Positions 1 to 8,973 of a DNA stretch of 64,000 nucleotides are shown in pieces. The notes under the pieces are model-generated. The model ran no database searches. It was not told the DNA's origin and was given only the letters and a program-made list of their open reading frames with translations. The position numbers were made by a program, and so were the translations under genes. Origin of the DNA: an uncultured bacterium (GTDB lineage: Bacteria > Krumholzibacteriota > Krumholzibacteriia > Krumholzibacteriales > Krumholzibacteriaceae); NCBI GenBank assembly GCA_963786935.1, contig CAWBAN010000001.1, forward strand, positions 1,472,001 through 1,536,000, in the 5' to 3' direction. Numbering within the stretch: the first letter of the stretch is position 1; each line of letters begins with the position of its first letter.

Positions 1-19
1 GGGCCGGGGGGACGATCCC

Positions 20-1534
20 CTACTTCTTGCCGATCTCGGGACAGGTTCTGGAGGGAACGCAACGAAGATCGGCGAAGATGATCCAATATGGATTCGGCAT
101 CAACCTGCGCCATATGCCGAACTCTTCGGCCCAGCAGACGATCCTGGTCGAGTCTCCGAGAACTGCTCCGGCGCCTATGTAATGGATGTGGCTTTCGCGT
201 TCGTAGAATCGGACGACCTTGAATCCGGTTTCGAGAAGCGATGCATCATGAAACGCGGCCCTGAACCTGTCTCCGGGCGTTCCCTCCTTGTCATGCCTCA
301 CGATTAGAAGCGACCGCACTTTCAATGAATCCCCCAGATCCTCGACGCTGCGAGGAAAGACACCTCCGGACAAGGACACCCACACCTCAAGCGCCTCTTT
401 GATAGCATCTGCGGCTCCCGAAATCTCTTCGGCGCGCATCTTCTCCCGCATTCTTTCGTAGGCTTCGCTGTCAAGAACGGTATCGATCTTGGTAACGGCA
501 TACCCAGGGGGAGGTTCCAAGCTGAAATACGATGTATCAGGCGGCGCGTTCCAACGGAAATCGTCCCAGATCACTTTTGGCTCTCCCGGACCAAGGTCGA
601 TCCATCCGGCGGCGGCTGAGCGCGGCGTACCTCGAGGCAAGAAATCGGTCACATCCAGACCGTACGGATACGACGTGCTCGAATCTGCGGAGTCGACATC
701 GCTCAGCTCCATGCGCAGTGGCAACTCGGTTTTGAGGTCGATCCAGACCGTCGTCTTTTTGAGTCCTCCCGTTACCCTTTCATAGACTGCGGTGCTTCTG
801 CCTTCAAGACGCTCCCTGCGAACATAGGAGAACTTCATTCGCTTGTGCCATGAAGCCAGATCGGTCACAAAACTGCTCTTAGGAGGAGACGCATTTCCGG
901 AGGTCGTATTCCACCGCCACCGTTCGAGCATCGCCCGTTTGGTGGATGGATAGAGGACAAGCTTCGTCTCTGCAGGAAGTCGACGATTGGAGATTATCAC
1001 GCTATCGGCGTTTCCGACACGCCAGGTTCCCGAGCTGTTCCACCCCCACTCGCTCGTCCTCCATTCTCCAACCTTCCACCGTCGATCTCGATAGACGAGG
1101 GTATGAGCCCCTTCCACCCTCTCGATGACCGAGGCGAAGGCGGGCACCGGACCGTTCAGGAGGCCGCGCAGGAAATCGACGCCGATGGCAACGGCGACGA
1201 GAATGACGGCGGCAGCGGCGACGTGAGCGAATCTCGAGTCCCCCGCGAACAGACCGCTGAATCCCCGACGTTTCGCGCGCACTGCGTCGTCACGCGCCGG
1301 CGCCTTCGCCGGAATCGCCGCGATGGCGCGCTCCTCGGCGCGGAGCTCCGAAATCGAAAGGCGCGCGGCGAGGCTCTCGAGCCGCGCATGATCGGCGGCG
1401 AGCAGCGCGCGGTAACCGCGGCAAGATTCGCACGCCGTGCAGTGAGCGTCGATCGCCGCACGCTCGGCGGCGCCGGGATCCCGCCCGACGGAATCTTCGA
1501 TTTTCTTCCGCATCTCTTCGCATGCGTCGTTCAT
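20..1534 (-). CDS. Anti-sigma factor-like membrane protein (N-terminal HxxxCxxC zinc finger, one TM helix, large extracytoplasmic domain, possibly LolA-like)
   Basis: ATG at 1534 overlaps the ECF sigma stop (ATGA); motif HCTACESC; hydrophobic AAAAVILVAVAIGV; similar along its length to 22707-24278. Confidence 0.75.
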   Translation of the reverse strand: MNDACEEMRKKIEDSVGRDPGAAERAAIDAHCTACESCRGYRALLAADHARLESLAARLSISELRAEERAIAAIPAKAPARDDAVRAKRRGFSGLFAGDSRFAHVAAAAVILVAVAIGVDFLRGLLNGPVPAFASVIERVEGAHTLVYRDRRWKVGEWRTSEWGWNSSGTWRVGNADSVIISNRRLPAETKLVLYPSTKRAMLERWRWNTTSGNASPPKSSFVTDLASWHKRMKFSYVRRERLEGRSTAVYERVTGGLKKTTVWIDLKTELPLRMELSDVDSADSSTSYPYGLDVTDFLPRGTPRSAAAGWIDLGPGEPKVIWDDFRWNAPPDTSYFSLEPPPGYAVTKIDTVLDSEAYERMREKMRAEEISGAADAIKEALEVWVSLSGGVFPRSVEDLGDSLKVRSLLIVRHDKEGTPGDRFRAAFHDASLLETGFKVVRFYERESHIHYIGAGAVLGDSTRIVCWAEEFGIWRRLMPNPYWIIFADLRCVPSRTCPEIGKK

Positions 1535-2055
1535 TTCGCGCCTCCCTCGCTCTCGAGGAGCTTGCGCAGCTCCCTGCGGGCCCTGCTCAATCTCGTATAG
1601 ACCGCCTCGCACGATATACCGAGCGAGGCGGCGCAGCGCTCGGCGCTCTGGCCGTCGAAGTAGTAGAGCATGAGCGGCAGCCGGTGCTGCTCGGGGAGCC
1701 TCCCGAGGGCCTCGCGAATATCCGACATATCATCGTTTTCCTTCGCGGGGCAATCGGCCGGCACTTCCACGTCCTGTTCCCGTCTCGCGCGCTTCTTGAG
1801 AAAGTTGCGGCAGACGTTTCCCGCGATCGTCCCGATCCACGGCCCGAAGGAATCGTGGTTCTTGAGCGAGCCGAGCTGCGCAAAGCCTCGCATGAACGTC
1901 TCCTGCATGAGATCCTCCGCATCGGCCGTGTTGCCCGTCATCGCGAGGCAGATCGCATACACGCGCCTGCCGTGCAGGCGCACGAGCCCCGCATAGGCCC
2001 TTCCGTCCCCGGCGAGGCAGGTCTCGACGATTGTGGCCTCCCGACCGCTCTCCAC
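1531..2055 (-). CDS. ECF (sigma-70 group 4) RNA polymerase sigma factor
   Basis: Region 2 DAEDLMQETF...FGPWI and region 4 LPEQHRLPLML...VYTRLSRAR; GTG start at 2055 with GGAGG RBS. Confidence 0.9.
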   Translation of the reverse strand: MESGREATIVETCLAGDGRAYAGLVRLHGRRVYAICLAMTGNTADAEDLMQETFMRGFAQLGSLKNHDSFGPWIGTIAGNVCRNFLKKRARREQDVEVPADCPAKENDDMSDIREALGRLPEQHRLPLMLYYFDGQSAERCAASLGISCEAVYTRLSRARRELRKLLESEGGAK

Positions 2056-2085
2056 GGCGCCTCCACTTCGCTCTCTGTTAATAAG

Positions 2086-2112
2086 AGACAATCCCCGCAC
2101 GGAAATCCTTAC
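2086..2112 (-). promoter_or_regulatory. Putative autoregulatory ECF promoter GTAAGGATTT-N13-GTCT
   Basis: Same motif and spacing upstream of the paralogous ECF gene (22131-22157). Confidence 0.55.
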
Positions 2113-2304
2113 GGACAATATTCGCACGACATGGAACTCCGAATCAATATGATGGAGATCTTCTGCAGCCGCCGAATCGACTTGAGCAACGGATCGATTT
2201 CCAATAGAATGCCTTCGGCTCATCCGAAATGCATCCGGGCGGCATCGCAGACATTGAGAGCCTTCGTCGAGTGTGCCCGCGGAATCGGGCACGGAGCGCA
2301 ACGT

Positions 2305-3558
2305 ATGATGACGGCAAGATTGGCGCTGTGCGTATCGCTGACCCTCTTCTCGGCTCTGGCGCTCTCGTTTCTCAAGAACAAGACTTACGAGGTCAGGGCT
2401 TATCGGTGGCTGATCGCCGGGGCGATCGCCGCAAAGGCGCTGGCGATCGTAGCAATTTATTCATTCGTCCCCTATCTCAATGCGGGATCGGACGCCACCA
2501 TCTACTACTACCCGCAGGCCCAGAAGGTCTTGTCGGGCCAGCTCCCCTACCGGGATTTCATATCTCATTACTCCTTCTTCTTTCCCCTGCTTCTTGCGCC
2601 GGCGCTCCGCGTCTGGCAATCGGTAGGCGCCGTCGTTCTGACGATGTTCGCTCTGGAAACCTTGATGATACTCCTCTATCTGTCCCGGTGGATTCAGACC
2701 GATTATCCGAATCGCCTGCGGGTCGCATTCCTGTACAGTTTCTCGCCCATATCGATATACTGGGTAGACATTACCGGATATAACGGCCCGATCATTGCGC
2801 TCTTCGCCTTGACGAGCCTGATATTCGCGCACCGAAAAAAGGATTCTCTCTCCGTCGTTTTCGCGGTCCTGGGATTTCTATTTTCCAAGCTCCTGATGTT
2901 CCTGAGTTACCCCGCAATCTTGCTTTTCGGCCGCGGCCGCCGCACACGGAAATCGCTCTCGGCCGCGGTTGCTATCGCATGTTATTACGCGGCATTGTCC
3001 CTCGTCGGCGTTGATGCATTTCAGCCGATCGAACATGAAATGACGACGGCCACGAGCGGCAACATATGGTTCCTGCTGTCGCCGCTTATCCCCGAGAGCT
3101 TTTCCGGAACATTCCTATGGAGCTATGCCGCGATCCTGTCGTTTTCGCTGGTATGCGTCCCGATGATACTTCTCTACGCGCGCTCGATGAATGGAGAACG
3201 ACGCAACGAGTTCGATGCCGCAATCGCTTTTGTTGCGACCATGAATCTCGCGTTCTTCATCCTCAGCAAGAAGTCATACACTTTTTATATGCCCATGGCC
3301 TTCATTTTCATTTTGCACACGCTCGTTTTCATGCGTGCGGATCGCGCGGATCTCGTCAAAAGACTCTTGCCAGCATTCTTCCTGAGTGCGACGACGACAT
3401 TCGAAACGAATCTGTACCAACCGCTGCGAGACGGAATGACGACAATCGAACCCGCACGCATGCTTGGATTGTGGATCGTAGATCTCATCACCGTTGCTTG
3501 TTACGGATATCTCATGATAGTGTGTTTCAAGGAGTCCATCAGGAAAACGGATCGATGA
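2305..3558 (+). CDS. Polytopic membrane protein, probable GT-C fold glycosyltransferase (GT87-like)
   Basis: About 10 hydrophobic segments; first loop SDATIYYYPQAQKVLSGQLPYRDFISHY resembles the GT87-type D...G..PY.DF...Y motif. Confidence 0.55.
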   Translation: MMTARLALCVSLTLFSALALSFLKNKTYEVRAYRWLIAGAIAAKALAIVAIYSFVPYLNAGSDATIYYYPQAQKVLSGQLPYRDFISHYSFFFPLLLAPALRVWQSVGAVVLTMFALETLMILLYLSRWIQTDYPNRLRVAFLYSFSPISIYWVDITGYNGPIIALFALTSLIFAHRKKDSLSVVFAVLGFLFSKLLMFLSYPAILLFGRGRRTRKSLSAAVAIACYYAALSLVGVDAFQPIEHEMTTATSGNIWFLLSPLIPESFSGTFLWSYAAILSFSLVCVPMILLYARSMNGERRNEFDAAIAFVATMNLAFFILSKKSYTFYMPMAFIFILHTLVFMRADRADLVKRLLPAFFLSATTTFETNLYQPLRDGMTTIEPARMLGLWIVDLITVACYGYLMIVCFKESIRKTDR

Positions 3559-3724
3559 CGACCACCAGGATCGCTGAACCATCGGATGAAAGAGACATTC
3601 GCCATCAACGGACCGCGGGGAACACCCACCGCGCTCGGCGCTCCTCTCGATTCCCCATTGCAAAAGAGCCGGCGCTGTGATTTCATCGCGTGCGGGACTC
3701 ATCATCTGAAGAAAGGAGACTCGT

Positions 3725-3898
3725 ATGGGGGACGATATCAAGGTCAAGTGCTGCGGATCGCACGGCGGCGCGTTCATGGGGCCTCTCTGGGCCATCGGCT
3801 GGATCTTCACCATCGGATATCTGAAGCTCACGTTCTGGAAGGCCGTTCTCGGCATCATCATCTGGCCGTATTACCTGGGCGTGTTTTTCCACAAATAG
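3725..3898 (+). CDS. 57-aa small membrane protein, absent from the ORF track
   Basis: AAGGAG RBS; MGDDIKVKCCGSHGGAFMGPLWAIGWIFTIGYLKLTFWKAVLGIIIWPYYLGVFFHK; host-like codon usage; ends 15 nt before the SPFH gene. Confidence 0.75.
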   Translation: MGDDIKVKCCGSHGGAFMGPLWAIGWIFTIGYLKLTFWKAVLGIIIWPYYLGVFFHK

Positions 3899-3913
3899 CG
3901 CGAGGGGGAGCGT

Positions 3914-4798
3914 ATGAGCGCATTGCATTTCGGATGGCTGTTCTTTCTGTGCATCATCGTCATTATTCTCTTTTTAAGCGGCATCAGGATTATCCGCCCG
4001 ACGCATCGAGGGCTCGTCGAGCGTCTCGGAAGATACCAGCGGTTCGGGAATCCGGGATTTCAGTGGATTATCCCGTTCATCGAGCGGATGTACCAGGTGA
4101 ATACGACCGAGCTCATGGTCGACGCCGATCCGCAGGAGATCATCACGAACGACAACCTGAACGCGATGGTCGACGCGCAGATCTACTACCGCGTCAAATC
4201 GGACGAGGAGAGCGTCAAGAGCTCTCAGTATCACGTGAACAACGTCCATTGGCAGATCGTCAATCTCGCGCGCACCACGCTCAGAAACATCATCGGCACA
4301 TTGACCCTGAAATCGGCCAACAGCGAGCGCGGCAAGATCAACGACGAGCTTCACAAGGTGCTCATCCAGGAAACGCAGTCGTGGGGCATCGACATCGTGC
4401 GCGCCGAGCTCAAGCAGATCGATCCGCCGAAGGACGTCCAGGACACGATGAACAAGATCGTCAAGGCGGAGAACGAGAAGATCGCCGCCGTCGATTTCGC
4501 CACCGCGGCCGAGACGACGGCCGACGGCATCAAGCGCGCGGAAATAAAAAAGGCGGAAGGCATCCGGCAGGCGAGGATCCTCGCGGCGCAGGGCGAAGCG
4601 GAAGCCATCCGTCTCGTGAACGACGCCGCGGACAAGTATTTCATCGGAAACGCCCAGCTGCTCAAGAAACTCGAGATGGTCCAGGCGTCGCTCAAGGACA
4701 ACGCGAAGATCGTCGTGCCTGCCAATACGGAGCTCATCAACGTGATCGGCGACATGGCCGGAGTGCTGCCGCTGCGGAAGGGCCCGGAAAAGGCATAG
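3914..4798 (+). CDS. SPFH/Band 7 (stomatin-like) membrane protein
   Basis: N-terminal TM, GLVERLGRY, QEIITNDN, TTLRNIIG, C-terminal AE/AQGEA coiled-coil repeats. Confidence 0.92.
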   Translation: MSALHFGWLFFLCIIVIILFLSGIRIIRPTHRGLVERLGRYQRFGNPGFQWIIPFIERMYQVNTTELMVDADPQEIITNDNLNAMVDAQIYYRVKSDEESVKSSQYHVNNVHWQIVNLARTTLRNIIGTLTLKSANSERGKINDELHKVLIQETQSWGIDIVRAELKQIDPPKDVQDTMNKIVKAENEKIAAVDFATAAETTADGIKRAEIKKAEGIRQARILAAQGEAEAIRLVNDAADKYFIGNAQLLKKLEMVQASLKDNAKIVVPANTELINVIGDMAGVLPLRKGPEKA

Positions 4799-4834
4799 CG
4801 GACCTGCGCGGGCCTGTGCGGAACCAAGTCCGCA

Positions 4835-5848
4835 TCAGCAGATGCGCGGGAGCATGTCGCCGTAGGGAACGTCGACGACGCGCTCGCCGCCGAAAACCGT
4901 CTTGAGGATCACTTTCCCCGCGGGATCGGCGGAAACCTCGCCGATCCGCGCCGCGCCGAGGCCGAGCGGATGCGCCTTCATGAACTCGAGCGCCCGGCCG
5001 GCGTCTTGGGCCGGCACGACGGCGACGAACTTTCCCTCGTTCGCGATGTGCAGCGGATCGTAGCCCATCAGCTCGCAACCGCGTTTCACCGCCGCGGAGA
5101 CGGGAATCGCCTCCTCGACGAGCCTGATGCACGCCCTTGAATCGGCCGCGATCTCGTTGAGCACCGCGGCGAGCCCGCCCCGCGTCGCGTCCCGCATCGC
5201 GCGCACCGTTTTCACCTGCTCGAGCAACGGAACGATGAGGTTCGAGAGAGGCGCCGTGTCGCTCGCGAGGTCGCTCCCGAAATCGATTCCTTCCCGCCTG
5301 CTCATGATGGCGAGCCCGTGCTCGCCGAGGGAACCGCTCACGAGCACGGCGTCCCCCGGCCGCGCCGAGGCCGAGGAGAGCTCGATGCCGGCCGGCACGG
5401 CGCCGATACCCGACGTGTTGATGAAGATCCCGTCCGCCTTCCCGCGCTCGACGACCTTCGTGTCCCCCGTGACGACGGTCACCCGCGCTTCGCGCGCGGC
5501 CGACGCGACGGAATCGAGCACTCGATCGAACGTTTCGAACGGGAGCCCCTCCTCGATGATGAACGAGAGCGAGAGCCACAGCGGCCGCGCGCCGCACACG
5601 GCGAGATCGTTCACCGTCCCGCACACGGCGAGGCGCCCGATGTCCCCCCCGGGAAAGAACAGGGGGCTCACGACGAACGAGTCCGCGGTGAAGGCGATCC
5701 TCCCCGCCTCCGTCGCGAGCGTCGCGCTGTCCTGGAGCGGAGTCTTCTCCCCTCCGAGCTTCCCGACGATCCTCGCGACAAGCTCCTTCATCAGGATCCC
5801 CCCGCCCCCGTGGGCGAGCAGGACGCGTTCGCTCTCCCTCTCAGCCAT
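4835..5848 (-). CDS. hypE: Hydrogenase maturation carbamoyl dehydratase HypE
   Basis: LAHGGGG, FFPGGDIGRLAVCGTVNDLA, MRDATRGG, ANEGK, C-terminal PRIC; ATG at 5848. Confidence 0.97.
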   Translation of the reverse strand: MAERESERVLLAHGGGGILMKELVARIVGKLGGEKTPLQDSATLATEAGRIAFTADSFVVSPLFFPGGDIGRLAVCGTVNDLAVCGARPLWLSLSFIIEEGLPFETFDRVLDSVASAAREARVTVVTGDTKVVERGKADGIFINTSGIGAVPAGIELSSASARPGDAVLVSGSLGEHGLAIMSRREGIDFGSDLASDTAPLSNLIVPLLEQVKTVRAMRDATRGGLAAVLNEIAADSRACIRLVEEAIPVSAAVKRGCELMGYDPLHIANEGKFVAVVPAQDAGRALEFMKAHPLGLGAARIGEVSADPAGKVILKTVFGGERVVDVPYGDMLPRIC

Positions 5849-8180
5849 TGAGACGCTCACTCCCTTCCCGCATACGCGCGGCGCCGACGACGAGCTGTCC
5901 GTACGCGATGCCGCCGTCGTTCGGAGGCACGAGCCGGTGCTGGCGGAAACGCAGCTGCGTTCCCCGAGCGAGATCCACGATCGATTCGCAGAGGAGCCTG
6001 TTCTGGAACACGCCCCCCGAGAGCACGACGTCCGCGCACCCGTGCGCCTTCGAGAGCTCCGCGGACAGATCGACGACGAGCTTCGCCACGCCCCGGTGAA
6101 ATGCCGCGGCGATCGCTGCCCGCTCGCGCCGCCGGGCCAGATCGTCGACGACCGCCGCCAGCACCGGTCCGGGATCGATCTCCGCGCATCCGCCGGAGCC
6201 CGGTTTCCAGGTGAACGCGTACGCGCCTCCCGCATCCGTCGTATCGAGCGCGAGCGCCTCGAGGGCCACCGCGGCCTCGGCCTCGTAGCTCACGAACGCG
6301 CCGCAGTCGAGGCAGAACGCCACCGCGTCGAAGAGACGCCCCATGCTCGAGGCGCGGGGAGAATTGATGCCCCGCATCGCGATGGCGAGCACCTGCTCCG
6401 CCGGCAGCCCCTCGAAAGAGATGGGCCGCGGGAGCGGCTTGTCGATCACGGCGTTTCCATAGATGCCCTGCAGGTGCACGAGCGCCATCCGCCACGGCTC
6501 ACGAATCGCCGCCTCCCCGCCGGGGAGCGGCACGGGCTTGAGCGTCGCGAGCCGGTCGAACCGGTCGTACCTCGCGAGGAAGAATTCTCCCCCCCAGAGC
6601 GTTCCGTCCGTTCCGTAGCCCGTCCCGTCGAAAACCACCGCGATCGCGGGCCCGGCGAGACCGTGCTCGGCCATGACGCCCGCCGCGTGGGCGTGGTGGT
6701 GCTGGACGGCGATCCGCTTCGCGCCGCCGATCGACTCGGCGAGGCGCGTCGTGAAGTAATCCGGATGCATGTCGTGGACGATCACCTCGGGCGCGACGGC
6801 GAGCATCCCGGCGAATCCGGCGAGCTCGCGCCGGTAATTCTCCTCGCTCCGCGCGTCCCCGAGATCTCCGAGGTGCGGCGAGAGATACGCCTTGCCCTCC
6901 TTCGAGAGGGCGAAAACGCTCTTTTCCTGCGCGCCGAGGGCCGCCATGGGAACGGCCGGCCCGCCGGGGAGCGGGAGCGGCTCCGGCACGTACCCGCGCG
7001 CGCGCCGTATCGGCACGATTGCCGCTCCCGGAGCGAAGACGATCGAGTCGTCGCATTTGTGCGCGATCCGCCTGTTGTGGACGAGCGCCGCGTCGGCGAT
7101 CGTGCCGAGGATCCCGCCGATCTCCTCTTCCATGGAGATGAGCGGCTCGTCGGTGAAGTTCGCCGAGGTCATGATGAGCACTTCGAAGTGCTCCATCAGG
7201 AGATGGTGAAGGGGCGTGTACGGAAGAAACGCGCCGATGTATCCGTTCCGCGGGGCGACCGCCTCGGGTAGCGTTCGGCCCCGCCGCCGCAGAAGCACGA
7301 TCGGAGCTTCGTTCGAGAGGAGCATGTTTCGCTCGACGTCCCCCACGACGCAGCGGCGCTCGATTTCGGCGATGTCGCGGAACATGCAGGCGAAGGGCTT
7401 CGCCGGGCGTTTCTTTCGATTCCGGAGGCGTTTCACGACGTCTCCGCTCGAGGCGAGACACGCGAGGTGATACCCGCCGAGGCCTTTCACCGCGACGATG
7501 AGCCCTCCCCTGATGAGGGCGACGGCGCCCGCGATCGGGTCCCCCGGAAGCTCCGTGAATTTCTCGTCGAAGAGCATGAGCGACGGACCGCAGTCGGGGC
7601 ACGAGATCGGCTCCGCGTGAAACCGCCGGTCGGCCGGGTTCGAGTACTGCGCGCGGCAGAAGCCGTCCATCTCGAACTCGTGCATCGTCGTGAGCGGCCG
7701 GTCGTACGGCAGCCCCTCGATGATCGTGAATCGCGGGCCGCAGTTCGTGCAGTTGATGAAGGGATACCGGTACCGTTTGTTGGCGGGATCGCGCAGCTCG
7801 GCGAGACAGTCGGCGCAGACGGCCGTGTCGACGGGGAACAGCGCCTCCGCCGCGCCGGCCTTCTCGCTCGGGGCGATGACGAACTCGGTCGATCCGGCGG
7901 GCTCGATCTCCTCCGCCTCGATCGTATCGATGCGCGCGAGCGGCGGCAGCCCCTTCTCGAATTCGCGGAGGAAGGTTCCGAGGATCCGCGCCGATCCCTC
8001 GACCTCGATGACGACCCCGATCCGCGTGTTCCGGACCCATCCGGTCACGCCGGTCCGGGTCGCGACGCGATACACGCTCGGCCGGAAACCGACTCCCTGC
8101 ACGCGTCCCGTCACGCGGATCCGCACCCGCGCGGGATCCCGCCGCAGCTTCAACGTCTCGAGCACTTCATTGACGTTCAT
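5841..8180 (-). CDS. hypF: Carbamoyltransferase HypF
   Basis: Acylphosphatase GRVQGVGFRP, zinc fingers CADC/CTNCGPR, KGLGGYHL, HDMHPDY, QHHHAH, PPNDGGIAYGQ. Confidence 0.97.
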   Translation of the reverse strand: MNVNEVLETLKLRRDPARVRIRVTGRVQGVGFRPSVYRVATRTGVTGWVRNTRIGVVIEVEGSARILGTFLREFEKGLPPLARIDTIEAEEIEPAGSTEFVIAPSEKAGAAEALFPVDTAVCADCLAELRDPANKRYRYPFINCTNCGPRFTIIEGLPYDRPLTTMHEFEMDGFCRAQYSNPADRRFHAEPISCPDCGPSLMLFDEKFTELPGDPIAGAVALIRGGLIVAVKGLGGYHLACLASSGDVVKRLRNRKKRPAKPFACMFRDIAEIERRCVVGDVERNMLLSNEAPIVLLRRRGRTLPEAVAPRNGYIGAFLPYTPLHHLLMEHFEVLIMTSANFTDEPLISMEEEIGGILGTIADAALVHNRRIAHKCDDSIVFAPGAAIVPIRRARGYVPEPLPLPGGPAVPMAALGAQEKSVFALSKEGKAYLSPHLGDLGDARSEENYRRELAGFAGMLAVAPEVIVHDMHPDYFTTRLAESIGGAKRIAVQHHHAHAAGVMAEHGLAGPAIAVVFDGTGYGTDGTLWGGEFFLARYDRFDRLATLKPVPLPGGEAAIREPWRMALVHLQGIYGNAVIDKPLPRPISFEGLPAEQVLAIAMRGINSPRASSMGRLFDAVAFCLDCGAFVSYEAEAAVALEALALDTTDAGGAYAFTWKPGSGGCAEIDPGPVLAAVVDDLARRRERAAIAAAFHRGVAKLVVDLSAELSKAHGCADVVLSGGVFQNRLLCESIVDLARGTQLRFRQHRLVPPNDGGIAYGQLVVGAARMREGSERLNG

Positions 8181-8298
8181 GCGCGTCCCGTCCCCTTTTT
8201 CCCTTGTGCCCGGCGCGCCGGACGAAATAGACTCCGGAATAGTAGCATTTTGGACGCCAAGTTGTATCTCAATTTAATTCAGGCGAGGTGGTGCCGAA

Positions 8299-8952
8299 AT
8301 GACCGAACCGCTCTCCGAATACGTGATGCGACTCGTAGTCGCCCTCCTCATCGGGGGAGCGATCGGGCTCGAGCGCGAGTTCAAAGGGAAGCCGGCGGGA
8401 ATGCGGACGAACATGCTCATCTGCGTCGGCTCGTGCCTCCTCATGATTCTTTCGATCGAGATCGCCCGTTCGGCCGCGCGTGTCGCCGACCCGGGGCGCA
8501 TCGCCTCGCAGGTGGTCGCCGGCATCGGATTCCTCGGTGCCGGCACGATCATGCGGTCGCGTTTCCATATCGCCGGGCTCACGACGGCGGCGACGATATG
8601 GGCGCTCTCCGCCATCGGCCTCGCGGTCGGCGCCGGATACCTGCTCCTCTCGGTCATCGTCGCGTTCATCATCACGATCACGCTCGTGTTCATCGGCTAC
8701 ATCGAATCGCGGCTCGACATGAAGCGGTCGTACCACGTCGTGCAGGTCAGCCTCGAGCGGGGCGAGGGAGTCATCCGCGAGGTGATGGTGCTCTTCACGG
8801 CGATGAAGCTTTCGAGCGACGCCCTCGAGATCACGCGGAGCGGCGACGTTTGGCATGCCACCTTCGAGTACGCCGCATCCCACGACAGGCACCGCGAGCT
8901 CGTCGAGAAGCTCTCGGCGAGCCCGGGCGTACGCGGCGTCATCGAGATGTAA
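8299..8952 (+). CDS. MgtC/SapB family membrane protein
   Basis: IGLERE...AGMRT, DPGRIASQVVAGIGFLGAG, GLTTAATIW. Confidence 0.92.
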   Translation: MTEPLSEYVMRLVVALLIGGAIGLEREFKGKPAGMRTNMLICVGSCLLMILSIEIARSAARVADPGRIASQVVAGIGFLGAGTIMRSRFHIAGLTTAATIWALSAIGLAVGAGYLLLSVIVAFIITITLVFIGYIESRLDMKRSYHVVQVSLERGEGVIREVMVLFTAMKLSSDALEITRSGDVWHATFEYAASHDRHRELVEKLSASPGVRGVIEM

Positions 8953-8973
8953 AACCGTCGGCAGGCTTTCGTT

